Made by a program: the position numbers and the translations under genes
Notes under the pieces: model-generated
Told to the model about the DNA's origin: nothing
What the model saw: the letters and a program-made list of their open reading frames with translations, nothing else
Databases searched by the model: none
Source of the DNA: an uncultured Pelagibacteraceae bacterium
Lineage (GTDB): Bacteria > Pseudomonadota > Alphaproteobacteria > Pelagibacterales > Pelagibacteraceae
Reading direction: 5' to 3'
NCBI GenBank assembly: GCA_902558445.1
Contig: CACEDX010000006.1
Span: 9,389-73,388 of the forward strand
DNA: 64,000 nt
In this document: piece by piece, positions 1 to 14,024 of the stretch
Layout: every line of letters starts with the position of its first letter
Position numbering within the stretch: position 1 is the first letter of the stretch

Positions 1-1
1 G

Positions 2-703
2 CTAAACAAACCAGCAGGTATTGTGATGCATCCAGGAGCTGGAAATTTTGACAATACAATTGTAAATGCATTAGTAGATTACGATAAAGACTCTCTTTCG
101 AATATTGGTGATGAACTTAGACCGGGAATAGTACATAGGATAGACAAAAATACATCAGGTTTAGTAGTCATAGCAAAAAATAATCAATCACATGAAAACT
201 TATCTAATCAGTTTAATAAACACTCTATTACAAGAGTTTATCAATTATTAATATGGGGAAAAGTAAGACCTTCTAGGGGGAAAATTGAAACTTTAATATC
301 ACGAAGTTCAAAGAATAGACAAATGATGGCAGTTAGTCGAACTAAAGGAAAAAAAGCAATAACCAATTATAGAACTATTGAAATTTTTGAAAATAAACAT
401 ACACCAACTTTAAGTTTAGTAGAATGCAAACTAGAAACGGGTAGAACCCATCAAATTAGAGTTCACATGAATTTTTTAGGAAATAGTATTGTTGGTGATG
501 ATAAATATAAAAAAAAGTTTAAGAAAATTAAAAACATTAATCCGTTGATAGAGCAAAATTTAAATAGTCTTAATAGACAATTTCTTCATGCTAAGACTCT
601 AGGCTTCATTCACCCCACGAAAAGCAAAGAAATGACTTTCAACTCAAATTTACCTTTGGAACTTGAGAATATTTTAAAAATACTAAGAAATACTAATAAA
701 TAA
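2..703 (+). CDS. rluD: RluA/RluD family 23S rRNA pseudouridine synthase (5' end outside window)
   Basis: Motifs NKPAG..MHP, RPGIVHRIDKNTSG (catalytic Asp), LETGRTHQIRVH, GD..Y, QFLHA. Frame is open from base 2. Lies directly upstream of rpoH, as is usual in alphaproteobacteria. Confidence 0.9.
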   Translation, partial: LNKPAGIVMHPGAGNFDNTIVNALVDYDKDSLSNIGDELRPGIVHRIDKNTSGLVVIAKNNQSHENLSNQFNKHSITRVYQLLIWGKVRPSRGKIETLISRSSKNRQMMAVSRTKGKKAITNYRTIEIFENKHTPTLSLVECKLETGRTHQIRVHMNFLGNSIVGDDKYKKKFKKIKNINPLIEQNLNSLNRQFLHAKTLGFIHPTKSKEMTFNSNLPLELENILKILRNTNK

Positions 704-743
704 ATCATTGAAAAATATAAATAATTAATTAGATAAACTCATT

Positions 744-3738
<2,995 letters not shown>

Positions 3739-3739
3739 C

Positions 3740-5065
3740 TTATTTAAATTCTTTTGAAATTATTTTTATACATTTTTTAAGCAAAATTTTATTTTCACTC
3801 TCACCCATTATTCTTATCTTTGGTTCAGTGCCTGATTTTCTTACAAGAATTCGACCTTGATTTTTAATTAATTTTTTTGCAATTTTAATAGATCTTTTAA
3901 CAGAGTAATTTTTAAGTATTTTATCATCTTTTATTTTTATATTTTCTAAAATTTGTGGAATTTTTTTAAAGACATTAAAAAAATCACTGGCTTTAGTTTT
4001 TCTATTCATTGATTTGATAATCTCTAAAGCGACAAGCACACCATCGCCAGTTGTTGCAAATTTTCCTAAAATAATATGACCCGATTGCTCTCCTCCTAAA
4101 TTGAATTTTTTCTTTTGCATCAATTCCTTAACATATCTATCCCCAACATTAGCTCTTAAAAATTTAATACCTTTTTTTTTTAAAAATTTTTCTAAACCAT
4201 AGTTTGACATTAAGGTACCGACAACGCCTCCTTTGAGAATTTTTCTCTTTTTCCATTGTAAAGCTAATGCAGCAATAATTTGATCACCATCAATTATAGA
4301 TCCTTTTTCATCACACATTATTATTCTGTCAGCATCTCCATCTAAAGATATACCCAAATCTGCTTTGAATTTTTTAACATTTCTTTGTAGTTTTTCTGGA
4401 AAAGTTGAACCACAATTTTTATTAATATTAAACCCATTTGGTTTATTGCCTATAACTTTTAATTTTGCTCCAAGTGATCTAATTAATTTTGGTGCAGATT
4501 TATATCCAGCTCCATTAGCACAGTCTAAAACTACTTTAAAATTATTTAATTTAAAGTTTCTTGATAACTTTTTTTTACAAATTTTAATATATTCATCAGT
4601 TCCAGTCTCTAGCCTTTTAACCCTTCCTAATTTTTTTGGATTTGATAAGTGTTTTTGAACTTTGCTATCTATTAAATTTTCAATTTTTTTTTGAATTTTA
4701 TCAGATAGTTTTAATCCATCAGGACCGAATAACTTTAAACCATTATCATAAAATAAATTGTGCGAAGCAGTGATCATAATACCAAGATTTGCGTTCATTG
4801 ATTTTGTCAACATTGCAAGGCCATTAGTCGGCAATGGACCCAGTGTATAAACATGCATTCCTGCAGAAGCTAAACCAGAAACTAGTGCTGGTTCTAATGC
4901 GTATCCTGAAAGTCTAGTATCTTTAGCAATAATTGCTGTTTGTTTTCTTTTTTTTAAATTTGTAAAATATTTTCCTGCTGCCAGTCCAAACTTAAAGAAC
5001 ATATCTCCATTAATGTTCCCACTATTTACCTGCCCTCTAATTCCATCAGTGCCAAAATACTTCAT
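3740..5065 (-). CDS. glmM: phosphoglucosamine mutase
   Basis: YFGTDGIRG, TASHN phosphoserine motif, DGDADR, GGEQSGH, RKSGTEP. Confidence 0.96.
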   Translation of the reverse strand: MKYFGTDGIRGQVNSGNINGDMFFKFGLAAGKYFTNLKKRKQTAIIAKDTRLSGYALEPALVSGLASAGMHVYTLGPLPTNGLAMLTKSMNANLGIMITASHNLFYDNGLKLFGPDGLKLSDKIQKKIENLIDSKVQKHLSNPKKLGRVKRLETGTDEYIKICKKKLSRNFKLNNFKVVLDCANGAGYKSAPKLIRSLGAKLKVIGNKPNGFNINKNCGSTFPEKLQRNVKKFKADLGISLDGDADRIIMCDEKGSIIDGDQIIAALALQWKKRKILKGGVVGTLMSNYGLEKFLKKKGIKFLRANVGDRYVKELMQKKKFNLGGEQSGHIILGKFATTGDGVLVALEIIKSMNRKTKASDFFNVFKKIPQILENIKIKDDKILKNYSVKRSIKIAKKLIKNQGRILVRKSGTEPKIRIMGESENKILLKKCIKIISKEFK

Positions 5066-6117
5066 TATTTATTTATAAGTGCTTTGAAAACTTTTAAAGC
5101 TTGATTAACTTCGTTGACATCATGAACTCTCAACATTTGTACACCCTGTAACATTGCAAAAATACTGCTACTTATTGTTCCTCCAATTCTTAAAGAACTA
5201 TCATTATTTCCAGATAAATCTTTTATAAATCTTTTTCTGGAAATACCAAGCAGTATAGGCAAACCCAAAGAATGGTAAATTGATATATTTTTAATTATCG
5301 TCATATTATGTTTCAAATTTTTTCCAAAACCTATACCAGGGTCTAAGATTATATTATTATGATAAATTCCATTTTGACGTAAATTATTTAATTTTTCTTC
5401 AAAAAAATCGTAAATATCTAATAATACATTTTTATATTTTGGATTTTTTTGCATTACGTCAGGATTACCAAGTGAGTGTTGGAGTACGAAAGGTATATTA
5501 TACTTTTTTAAAATCTTTATTGAGTTTTTATCAAAATTAAGACCAGAAACATCATTAATTAATTTTACTCCTAGTTTAATTCCCTTTTCCATGATTTCTG
5601 ATTTTCTAGTATCTAGAGATATAAAATTTTTTTTATCAATTAATTTTAAAATATTTTTGAGTCTATTCCATTCTATTTTTGATTGAATGGCTTTAGATCC
5701 AGGTTTAGTGGACTCTGCTCCAATATCAACAAGGTTTGAGCCAGAATTTAAAAGAAAATTTAATTGTTTTTTGGCTGATGCATAATTAAAAAATTTTCCA
5801 CCATCTGAGAAACTGTCTGGAGTAATATTTAAAATACCCATTATTTGAGGAATATTTTGAAAATTTAAATTTTTAATATTTCTTTTTTTTTTTGTAATTA
5901 ATCTTAGATCTTTTTTTACTTTTGTCTTTAAATTTACATGTAATTTGTTCACCTCATTTAGAGAAATTAATTTTTTTGAATTTCTTGTTATTATTTCTAT
6001 TTTATCAAAAGAAATTTCAGGATTATTATGAAGTGGTAAAGTCTTTTTTTTCTTAACTAATAATTTAGATTTTGTACCATAATAGAAATTACACACTCTA
6101 GTGTAATATCTAGACAT
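5065..6117 (-). CDS. folP: dihydropteroate synthase with N-terminal extension
   Basis: IMGILNITPDSFSDGG, DPGIGFGK, GISRKRF, LRVHDV; ftsH-folP-glmM order. Confidence 0.95.
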   Translation of the reverse strand: MSRYYTRVCNFYYGTKSKLLVKKKKTLPLHNNPEISFDKIEIITRNSKKLISLNEVNKLHVNLKTKVKKDLRLITKKKRNIKNLNFQNIPQIMGILNITPDSFSDGGKFFNYASAKKQLNFLLNSGSNLVDIGAESTKPGSKAIQSKIEWNRLKNILKLIDKKNFISLDTRKSEIMEKGIKLGVKLINDVSGLNFDKNSIKILKKYNIPFVLQHSLGNPDVMQKNPKYKNVLLDIYDFFEEKLNNLRQNGIYHNNIILDPGIGFGKNLKHNMTIIKNISIYHSLGLPILLGISRKRFIKDLSGNNDSSLRIGGTISSSIFAMLQGVQMLRVHDVNEVNQALKVFKALINK

Positions 6118-6122
6118 TCAGT

Positions 6123-8024
6123 CTAATGAACAATTTTTGGTTTTAGGCCTAGAGCACCCATTGCTGACCCTTTATCATCTTCTACTTTTAAGTCTTGTTT
6201 GTCTGCTGGGTATATATTTTTATTGATTATATTTTCAATTTCTTCACCAGTTAATGTCTCATAAGTCATAAGAGCTTTAGCAATTTTGTGTAAATCTTCA
6301 ACTTTTTCAGTCAAAATTTTCTTTGCAGTATTATAACCCTCATCTATAAGCTTTCTAATTTCTTTGTCTATTTTTTGTGCTACTTCCTCAGAGACTGACT
6401 GTGTTTGTGTTACTGATCTTCCTAAAAAAACCTCTTCTTGATTTTCTCCGTATTCAACGGGTCCCATTTCCTCACTCATTCCATACTTAGTTACCATTGC
6501 TCTCGCAAGTTGCGTAGCTTGATTTATATCTGATCCACTACCTCCACCTGCTCCTGTTGATATATTATCTTTTCCAAAAATTACTTCTTCAGCAACTCTT
6601 CCACCAAAACAAACTGCTAATCTCGCTTTTAAATATTTTATAGAATGACCATGTTTATCTCTTTCTGGCAAATTCATAACCATACCTAATGCTCTACCCC
6701 GGGGAATTATAGTTGCTTTATGTATAGGATCATAACTTGGCATGTTGAAAGATACGAGCGCATGACCCCCTTCATGATAAGCTGTTAATTTTTTTTCATC
6801 TTCTGTCATCACCATCGAACGTCTTTCTGCTCCCATCATTACTTTATCCTTTGCCTCCTCAAACTCATTTAGTGTAACAATTCTCTTATTTTTTCTAGCA
6901 GCCAATAAAGCTGACTCATTTACTAAATTAGCCAGATCTGCCCCAGAAAAACCAGGTGTACCTCTAGCAATAGTTCTTAAATTAACATCCGGTGCCATTT
7001 TTATTTTTTTAACATGAACCTTTAAAATTTTTTCTCGTCCAATTATGTCAGGATTGGATACAACCACTTGTCTATCAAACCTACCTGGTCTTAATAAAGC
7101 AGGATCTAATACATCTGGTCTGTTTGTTGCAGCAATAATTATTACTCCTTCATTTGTATCAAAACCATCCATCTCAACTAAAAGCTGGTTAAGAGTTTGT
7201 TCTCGTTCATCGTTTCCACCACCTAAACCAGCACCCCTACTTCTTCCAACAGCATCAATTTCATCTATGAAAATTATACAAGGGGAATTTTTTTTTCCTT
7301 GTTCAAACATATCTCTCACTCTAGAAGCACCAACTCCTACAAACATTTCAACGAAATCTGATCCTGAGATTGTAAAAAATGGTACTCCAGCTTCACCTGC
7401 TATCGCTCTAGCTAATAAAGTTTTTCCAGTGCCTGGTGGACCGACCAATAAAGCACCTCTAGGTATTTTTCCTCCAAGTCTACTAAATTTTCTTGGATCT
7501 TTTAAAAATTCTACAATTTCTTCGACTTCTTCCTTTGCTTCTTCTACACCTGCAACGTCATTAAATGTAACTTTACCTTTAAGTTCATTCATCATTTTTG
7601 CTTTTGATCTTCCAAAACCCATAGCTCCACCTTTACCACCTTGCATTTGTCTCATGAAAAAAATCCAAACAGCAATTAATAACAACATAGGAAACCATGA
7701 AAGCAGGACACCAAATAATGATGGCATTTTTTCTTCAATAGGTGCAGCTGAAATACTCACTCCTTTTTCAGAAAGTTTTTCAATTAAATTTGGATCGTTA
7801 GGAGAATAAGTTGTAAATGAGTTTCCATTAGAATACACGCCTTTGATATTGTTACCTTGAATTTCTACTTTTAATACTTCTCCGTTTTCAACAGATGTCA
7901 AGAATTCTGAGAATATAACCTTGTCCCCACCTCTAATATTTGTTTGGGGATTTTTAAACATATTATAAAGACCAATAGTTAAAAAAACTATGATAGCCCA
8001 CATTGCAATGTTTTTCATATTCAT
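6123..8024 (-). CDS. ftsH: ATP-dependent zinc metalloprotease FtsH
   Basis: Two TM segments, Walker A GPPGTGKT, Walker B IIFIDEID, second region of homology, HEGGH zinc motif. Confidence 0.98.
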   Translation of the reverse strand: MNMKNIAMWAIIVFLTIGLYNMFKNPQTNIRGGDKVIFSEFLTSVENGEVLKVEIQGNNIKGVYSNGNSFTTYSPNDPNLIEKLSEKGVSISAAPIEEKMPSLFGVLLSWFPMLLLIAVWIFFMRQMQGGKGGAMGFGRSKAKMMNELKGKVTFNDVAGVEEAKEEVEEIVEFLKDPRKFSRLGGKIPRGALLVGPPGTGKTLLARAIAGEAGVPFFTISGSDFVEMFVGVGASRVRDMFEQGKKNSPCIIFIDEIDAVGRSRGAGLGGGNDEREQTLNQLLVEMDGFDTNEGVIIIAATNRPDVLDPALLRPGRFDRQVVVSNPDIIGREKILKVHVKKIKMAPDVNLRTIARGTPGFSGADLANLVNESALLAARKNKRIVTLNEFEEAKDKVMMGAERRSMVMTEDEKKLTAYHEGGHALVSFNMPSYDPIHKATIIPRGRALGMVMNLPERDKHGHSIKYLKARLAVCFGGRVAEEVIFGKDNISTGAGGGSGSDINQATQLARAMVTKYGMSEEMGPVEYGENQEEVFLGRSVTQTQSVSEEVAQKIDKEIRKLIDEGYNTAKKILTEKVEDLHKIAKALMTYETLTGEEIENIINKNIYPADKQDLKVEDDKGSAMGALGLKPKIVH

Positions 8025-8056
8025 AGACTTAAAATAAGAATTATTATCAATTTAAC

Positions 8057-8083
8057 AAGTGGCATTTTGTGTAAAGTGGCATT
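8057..8083. repeat. 10-bp direct repeat AAGTGGCATT (two copies) upstream of ftsH
   Basis: Exact copies at 8057-8066 and 8074-8083 in a 62-bp intergenic region. Confidence 0.6.
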
Positions 8084-8086
8084 ATT

Positions 8087-9115
8087 TTAGGGCTCTTTAG
8101 AGATAATTATTGATTGATTTACCTTTTCAATAATACAACCACCTAATGTAGCTCTGTTCAATCGATTATTTTCAACTTCCTGGATAATTTTTTCTAATTT
8201 TTTTCCTCTCACAGAATAATATTTTTCACCAATTAACTTTAATGATTCTGAAAAAGCTCTAAAAGTAACCTCTTGGGGTTGAAGAAAAAAATCACTATTG
8301 ATAACTAATCTTTTTTTATTATTTAAAAAAGAGGTATTTTCTCGTAAATTTTTATCAACATAAAACTCAATTACTTTGTTTGCATATTTTAAATTTTTAA
8401 TCGTTTTTTTTAATTTATTTTTATCTAAACCATCTCTTTCAAGATTTTCCATTAATTTTCTTACTCGAACTCTTTGATATTTTTCATCATAGTTTGTTGG
8501 ATCTTCTACATAAAAATTAAAAACTTTTTTTGAAATAAAAATTAAATCCTCTTTTTTTATATCAATTAAAGGTCTTAATATGTTCTTTTTTTTTATTGTT
8601 GTCTTTATATCTAGAGATGTGAGACCTTTTATTCCACTACCCCTCAGAAGTCTTATAAAAAAATTTTCAATTAAATCATCCTCGTGATGCCCAATTAAAA
8701 TATCTTTGATTTTTAATTGATTACATTTCTTGAAAAGTATTTCATATCTTTTTATCCTAGCAAGTGACTGAATGCTTTTCTTTGGTTTCTTTCCTTTCCA
8801 GGTTAATACTTCTGATTTTATAAAGTTTCTTTTAAGCAAATTTAAAACGAGTTTAGCCTCTTTTGTAGACTCAGGTCTAAGTTTATGGTCGATAATATAA
8901 AACTTTGATTTTAAATTTTTTTTAATTGCATAAATTTTAGATAAAAAAGCTAAAGCAAGACTATCTGGACCACCTGAGACCGCAACTGCAAAACTTTCAT
9001 CTAAATTTAAAGAGATCTCAAATTTTTTATAAATCTTATTTATTCTTTTATTATTTAAGTTATCTCTTAAAAGTTTAGGAATTTTGGTTGTTGCATTCGA
9101 ATTTCTGAGACTCAT
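8087..9115 (-). CDS. tilS: tRNA(Ile)-lysidine synthetase
   Basis: PP-loop AVSGGPDS, DHKLR, GHHEDDLIENF, RPLI, EDPTN; cpoB-tilS-ftsH order. Confidence 0.95.
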   Translation of the reverse strand: MSLRNSNATTKIPKLLRDNLNNKRINKIYKKFEISLNLDESFAVAVSGGPDSLALAFLSKIYAIKKNLKSKFYIIDHKLRPESTKEAKLVLNLLKRNFIKSEVLTWKGKKPKKSIQSLARIKRYEILFKKCNQLKIKDILIGHHEDDLIENFFIRLLRGSGIKGLTSLDIKTTIKKKNILRPLIDIKKEDLIFISKKVFNFYVEDPTNYDEKYQRVRVRKLMENLERDGLDKNKLKKTIKNLKYANKVIEFYVDKNLRENTSFLNNKKRLVINSDFFLQPQEVTFRAFSESLKLIGEKYYSVRGKKLEKIIQEVENNRLNRATLGGCIIEKVNQSIIISKEP

Positions 9116-10070
9116 ATTTAGCTTTTTGTATCACAGATTGGTTTGCCTCTGGATATTGTTCTTCAACACCATTAATCATTTTGCAACCTTGATCTTTTTC
9201 TCCAATTTGAACCATTGATACACCAAGCTTTAATAAATTTATAGGTGCTTTTTCACCTTTTGGATATTTCTGATAACCCTCTAAATATGCTGAGGCTGCA
9301 TCCGTATACAATTGTCGTATCCTAAAAGTTTCTGCATACCAATATTGAGCATTTCCAGCTAGATTATGTTCAGGATTTGTGTCAACGAACTCTCTGAATG
9401 CTCTTTCAGCAGTTGAATAATCACCAACTTTTAAAAAGCTTGTAGCAAACTGATATTGTTTATCCGGAGACTCATTTGGAAGAATTTTCTCTTCAGCTTG
9501 AAAAGTTTCAGTTACTACTAAAGCTGTTGAGTCTACAGAATTTGTTTTTTGTGATGTTTCATTGGTCGCTGTATCTTTATATGATATCGATCCCAAATCT
9601 TGAGGTTGAGAACTTCCAGGTAAAACTTCTAACTGCTCATTATTTGTTTTTTTTGTTAATTTATTTATAGTTGCATCAGAAGACACAACACTTTCTAAGT
9701 CCTGAAATCTTATTTGATTATCTGCTTGCACTTTTGACATTCTGCTGGATAGTTTGTCTAATTTAAAATTTATTTCCTCAAACTTATTTGTAAGTTCCTG
9801 AAATTGATTTTCAATTTCTGAAAGTTTTAATAAATGTCTTGTAAGAACATCTTCTGAATTATTATCTAAATTTGAATTTAAATTTACAGAGCTATCACTA
9901 TTTAATTCTATTGATCCTGAGTATACTGCTTTTTCTAGAGTATTTATATCTTTCTGAAGTTGATCTAATATTTCATAAATATTATGATTGTCAGCGTAAG
10001 AATAAGTTATCAAAAAAAAATTACTTAAACAAAATATAACAATTTTAAATTTTCTTAAAATATGTCGCAT
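9075..10070 (-). CDS. cpoB: Tol-Pal system TPR protein CpoB/YbgF
   Basis: Signal peptide, coiled coil, C-terminal TPRs (AGNAQYW, YPKGEKAP, LLKLG); downstream of pal. Confidence 0.88.
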   Translation of the reverse strand: MRHILRKFKIVIFCLSNFFLITYSYADNHNIYEILDQLQKDINTLEKAVYSGSIELNSDSSVNLNSNLDNNSEDVLTRHLLKLSEIENQFQELTNKFEEINFKLDKLSSRMSKVQADNQIRFQDLESVVSSDATINKLTKKTNNEQLEVLPGSSQPQDLGSISYKDTATNETSQKTNSVDSTALVVTETFQAEEKILPNESPDKQYQFATSFLKVGDYSTAERAFREFVDTNPEHNLAGNAQYWYAETFRIRQLYTDAASAYLEGYQKYPKGEKAPINLLKLGVSMVQIGEKDQGCKMINGVEEQYPEANQSVIQKAKYESQKFECNNQNS

Positions 10071-10099
10071 TAAAATAATCTTATGATTAAAATAATGGC

Positions 10100-10140
10100 A
10101 AAAAAAAGACCCTTAATTAATTGAATTAATCAAGGGTCTT
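10100..10140 (-). terminator. Rho-independent terminator after pal
   Basis: Minus strand AAGACCCTTGATTAA-loop-TTAATTAAGGGTCTT followed by a U-tract. Confidence 0.85.
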
Positions 10141-10153
10141 AAATTTTTTAAAA

Positions 10154-10633
10154 TTAATTTGCTTTTACTGTAACAGATCTTCTGTTTTTTGACCAAGCCA
10201 AAGGATTAGAACCAGAGTCAACTGGTCTTTCTTTTCCATAACTTAGAACCGAAATTCTGTTAGAGGAAATCCCATAAGTCATTAAATAATCTTTAGCAGC
10301 ATTAGCTCTTCTTTCACCTAATGCTAAGTTATATTCTCTTGTTCCTCTTTCGTCAGCATGTCCTTCAAGCACGATTGTAATGTCAGAATTTTTTCTTAAC
10401 CATGCCGCTTGTTTTCTTAAAGTTTCTCTTGATGCAGTAGTCAAAACTGACTCATTAGTTGCAAAGAAAACTCTGTCAGGTACACCTGAAGCTAAATATT
10501 CAACTGTATCAGTTCCAGTGTAAACATCTCCTTGCATTTGTCCTGTAGATTTTTTTGATGTTGCGCAAGCAGACAACACTAAACATGCAAATAATACTAA
10601 AAAAGTGTTCTTTAAAATTTTGTTCAATTTCAT
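10154..10633 (-). CDS. pal: peptidoglycan-associated lipoprotein Pal
   Basis: Lipobox LSAC; OmpA-like domain EGHADERGTREYNLALGERRA. Start moved to the ATG at 10633, which has an AAGGAG SD upstream. Confidence 0.96.
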   Translation of the reverse strand: MKLNKILKNTFLVLFACLVLSACATSKKSTGQMQGDVYTGTDTVEYLASGVPDRVFFATNESVLTTASRETLRKQAAWLRKNSDITIVLEGHADERGTREYNLALGERRANAAKDYLMTYGISSNRISVLSYGKERPVDSGSNPLAWSKNRRSVTVKAN

Positions 10634-10718
10634 TAATGCTCCTTGGTCAATATTTCTTATAACTAACTTTTTCACAACTAATTAAATGTTTCAAGGTAAA
10701 AAATCAACATATTTTCAG

Positions 10719-12059
10719 TTAATTACTTAATAAAGATGACCATGATGGGTCTGATGCATCAGTTGGGGTATCTACAAGCCTTTCATTGTAGCCTGTTAAA
10801 TCAATTGACCACAATTTAGCAGAAAAACCCTCTCCTTTATCATCAGTTTTAGTCTCTCTATAAAAAATTAAAACTCGTCCATTAGGGGACCAAGAAGGAG
10901 CTTCTTGATAAAAATTTTCTGTCAACAATCTCTCACCAGATCCATCTGTTCTCATCACACCAATGTAGAATTTACCTTTATGTAATTTTGTAAAAGCGAT
11001 TAAATCACCTCTTGGAGACCAAACAGGAGTACCATATAAACCATTTCCAAAAGAAATTCTTTTAACATTGCTACCATCACTTTTCATGACATAAATTTGT
11101 TGATACCCACTTCTGTCAGAGTTAAAACAAATAAATTTTCCATCCGGGGAATAAGATGGTGAAGTATCTATAGAGGGATGATTGGTAATTTTCTCTACAA
11201 TTCTATTTTCTAAATCCATTGTATAAATATCTGAATTTCCATCCTTCGCAAAACTCATTATAATTTTTTTTCCATCTGGGGAGAATCTAGGAGCAAAAGT
11301 CATTCCTGGAAAATCTCCTACCACTTCTTGAATACCTGTTTCTATATCAAGAAGATAAACTCTAGGTAAATTTCTAAAATAAGATAGATATGTTACCATT
11401 TGGCTTGTAGGATTAAACCTTGGTGTCAAAACGAGTTCATTTCCTAAAGTTAAAAATTTATTATTTGCACCATCTTGATCCATGATGGCTAATTTTTTAA
11501 TTCTCTTTGTTTTTGGACCCTCTTCAGCAACATAGATTATCCTAGTATCAAAATAACCTTTTTCTCCTGTTAATCTCTCGTAAACTTTGTCTGTTATTAT
11601 ATGACCAACACGTCTCCAGTTATTTGGCACTGTCGTAAATGCTAGAGCCATCATTTCTTTTCCAGCCAGCACATCCCATAATCTAAACTCAACTCTAAGT
11701 TTATCATCAATATTTTTAACTTTACCTGTTATTAAAGCTTGAGCTTTAATTAAATTCCAATCCTCAAAACGTGGTTTTAGGTGAGCAATATCAGGTGCTT
11801 GAAGAAAAGCATTTTTATCTAATGGATTAAAAAGACCTGAAGTTTTCAAATTTTTTTCGATAACTTTAGAAATTTCTGACCCAATATCTTTTTTCTTTAA
11901 AGTTTTCTCAAAACTCTTTTTTGACTCGTCATCAATTGATAATGGTGATACTGCAATAGGCAGTGGGTTCAAGTTTCCTCGAGTAATATCTACTTCAATA
12001 AGACCTAACGCTTTACTAGGTATTATAAATATTAAAAATAAAATAATTAGATTTCTCAT
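10719..12059 (-). CDS. tolB: Tol-Pal beta-propeller protein TolB
   Basis: [11 protein letters not shown], repeated PxWSPDG/FSPDG PD40 motifs. Confidence 0.96.
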   Translation of the reverse strand: MRNLIILFLIFIIPSKALGLIEVDITRGNLNPLPIAVSPLSIDDESKKSFEKTLKKKDIGSEISKVIEKNLKTSGLFNPLDKNAFLQAPDIAHLKPRFEDWNLIKAQALITGKVKNIDDKLRVEFRLWDVLAGKEMMALAFTTVPNNWRRVGHIITDKVYERLTGEKGYFDTRIIYVAEEGPKTKRIKKLAIMDQDGANNKFLTLGNELVLTPRFNPTSQMVTYLSYFRNLPRVYLLDIETGIQEVVGDFPGMTFAPRFSPDGKKIIMSFAKDGNSDIYTMDLENRIVEKITNHPSIDTSPSYSPDGKFICFNSDRSGYQQIYVMKSDGSNVKRISFGNGLYGTPVWSPRGDLIAFTKLHKGKFYIGVMRTDGSGERLLTENFYQEAPSWSPNGRVLIFYRETKTDDKGEGFSAKLWSIDLTGYNERLVDTPTDASDPSWSSLLSN

Positions 12060-12068
12060 TAAAATATT

Positions 12069-12878
12069 CTATCCCTCTAACATTTCTCTTGCATCAAAAT
12101 TTAATTGTAATTCTTTCCATCTTTCATAACCAGTTGTTGGAACTCTTAATGGTTGGCATAATTTTATTGCTCTTAAAGCACTTTCCGCCAAAACCTTGTA
12201 AAAACCCTGACCAGGTTTATTCATCCTTGCATGATCCAAAATCTCTGACTCTTGAATTGTTCCATCTGGATTCAGTTGAAGTTTAATTCTTACTAATAAA
12301 TTTTCATTGTAAGGTAGACCCAAAGGAATACTCCAACAACCAAATATTTGGGCTTTTAAAGCATCCTCTTCGCTTAAAGATAAACCTGCATTTTCAACAT
12401 TCTTTTTTTGATCTTGTGTAATTTTGTTATTTTTTTTTATCGTTTCAGCACTTTCAACTTTAGATTTATCAATTAAGGCTGCAATATTATTTGGATCGAA
12501 TAACTCTTTTTTTTCAAATTCAGAAACTTGCTTAACCTCATTGTCAATTTTTTCTGGATTTTGTTTATCTTCTTTTATTTTCTCAACCTTTTTAGGCTTA
12601 TCATCTGGTAATGGAACTGCATCTGGTTTAATTTTTTTTACTTTTTTTGGGGGAGCTTGTTCAGATACTAACTTTTTTTCTTTCTCTTTAATTTTTTCTA
12701 TAATTTTTTTTGCCTTCGGTGCGTATGGAATATTGGTTTTATCTGTGATCTGTATTAATTCTACAGATACTATCGGGGGAAGATCAATTGGTTTTTTAGC
12801 TAAGAAAGGTAAACTAAAAGCTGTAATCATTATTAAAACTAGATGTGATACAGAAGATATAATAATACTTCTATTCAC
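12069..12878 (-). CDS. tolA: TolA-like cell envelope integrity protein
   Basis: N-terminal TM with SxxxH motif, Lys/Pro-rich linker, TonB/TolA C-terminal domain (CWSIP, AESALRAI); between tolR and tolB. Confidence 0.85.
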   Translation of the reverse strand: MNRSIIISSVSHLVLIMITAFSLPFLAKKPIDLPPIVSVELIQITDKTNIPYAPKAKKIIEKIKEKEKKLVSEQAPPKKVKKIKPDAVPLPDDKPKKVEKIKEDKQNPEKIDNEVKQVSEFEKKELFDPNNIAALIDKSKVESAETIKKNNKITQDQKKNVENAGLSLSEEDALKAQIFGCWSIPLGLPYNENLLVRIKLQLNPDGTIQESEILDHARMNKPGQGFYKVLAESALRAIKLCQPLRVPTTGYERWKELQLNFDAREMLEG

Positions 12879-12881
12879 TTC

Positions 12882-13298
12882 TTACCTTTCTTTGTATGGT
12901 TCAGATATAAGTGCTACTTTGGTGAAACCAGACCCAGATAGTAAGCCCATAATTTCTAATACTCTTCCATAATTAATTGTTTTATCACCCCTTACATAAA
13001 TTCTTGTATCAGTTCTATTTTTTGAAACCGCTAAGACTTTTGCTATTATTTTTTCATATTCAACTTTTGACTCTTGAATATAAATTTCACCTTTAGAGTT
13101 TATTGTCAAAGTCAGTGGTTCAGCTTCCTCAGGAAGAGAGTCGGCAGAACTTTCTGGTAAATCAACCTGAACTCCTACAGTTAACAAAGGGGCAGTAACC
13201 ATAAAAATAATTAAAAGCACCAACATTACATCTACAAATGGTGTTACATTTATTTCGCTCATTGGTTCTTTTGATGAACGATTTAATTTAAAAGCCAT
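12882..13298 (-). CDS. tolR: TolR
   Basis: EINVTPFVDVMLVLLIIFMVTAP, RGDKTINYG. Confidence 0.95.
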   Translation of the reverse strand: MAFKLNRSSKEPMSEINVTPFVDVMLVLLIIFMVTAPLLTVGVQVDLPESSADSLPEEAEPLTLTINSKGEIYIQESKVEYEKIIAKVLAVSKNRTDTRIYVRGDKTINYGRVLEIMGLLSGSGFTKVALISEPYKER

Positions 13299-13299
13299 T

Positions 13300-13974
13300 T
13301 TAGATAATCGTTAAAAATCTTTTTGAGAAATTTTCTAATTTTTGGGAATACTTAATTGAGTCATTATTAAATTTATTATATGCAACAACCGCAGGTATTG
13401 CTGCTAGTAGACCTAATGCAGTTGCGAAAAGAGCTTCAGCTATTCCAGGTGCAACAATTGCCAAACTCGTATTTCTTGAAATTGCGATAGATTGAAAAGA
13501 GTTCATGATTCCCCAAACTGTTCCGAATAAGCCTATGAATGGAGCTGTTGATCCAACTGTTGCTAAAAAAGTAAAACCTTTAGTGATTTTTGATATTTGT
13601 TTTTCAATACCCGTCTCTAACATTGTAGTCATCCTATTATTTAAATCTGTTCTAGATCTTCTCTTCAATAAGTTTTGCATCGCATCTTTAAATATTAAAG
13701 CCATCGGATCTTGAACGTTTGCTGGTAAATTATTATAAAAAGTTTCTGCAGATTTAGAATTCCAAAACTTTACTTCAAACTCTTCAGTAGATTGATTTAT
13801 TTTTTTAAACAATCTATATTTTTCAATTATTACTGCCCATGAATATATAGAACAAGCTATTAACATTATAATCACTGACTTAACAACTATGTCAGCTCTA
13901 ATAAATAAATTTATTAAAGAAAAATCAGCACTTGAGGCTAACCCAACCGCTTGCGACGTGATATCAGCTTCCAT
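13300..13974 (-). CDS. tolQ: TolQ
   Basis: LATVGSTAPFIGLFGTVWGIM, VAPGIAEALFATALGL. Confidence 0.96.
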   Translation of the reverse strand: MEADITSQAVGLASSADFSLINLFIRADIVVKSVIIMLIACSIYSWAVIIEKYRLFKKINQSTEEFEVKFWNSKSAETFYNNLPANVQDPMALIFKDAMQNLLKRRSRTDLNNRMTTMLETGIEKQISKITKGFTFLATVGSTAPFIGLFGTVWGIMNSFQSIAISRNTSLAIVAPGIAEALFATALGLLAAIPAVVAYNKFNNDSIKYSQKLENFSKRFLTII

Positions 13975-14024
13975 ATCGTCTTCTCACACTTAAATGTGTC
14001 ATGATTTTGTCTTAATATTTAAAG

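Noticed and set aside
7045-7809. 254-aa plus-strand ORF antisense to ftsH, and similar antisense ORFs over tolA, thiD, pntB, pgk and others
   Set aside because: They mirror the codons of conserved genes on the opposite strand and have no recognisable motifs; typical shadow ORFs.
10634-10675. N-terminal extension of Pal from the GTG at 10675
   Set aside because: The ATG at 10633 has an AAGGAG SD and gives a normal lipoprotein signal peptide.
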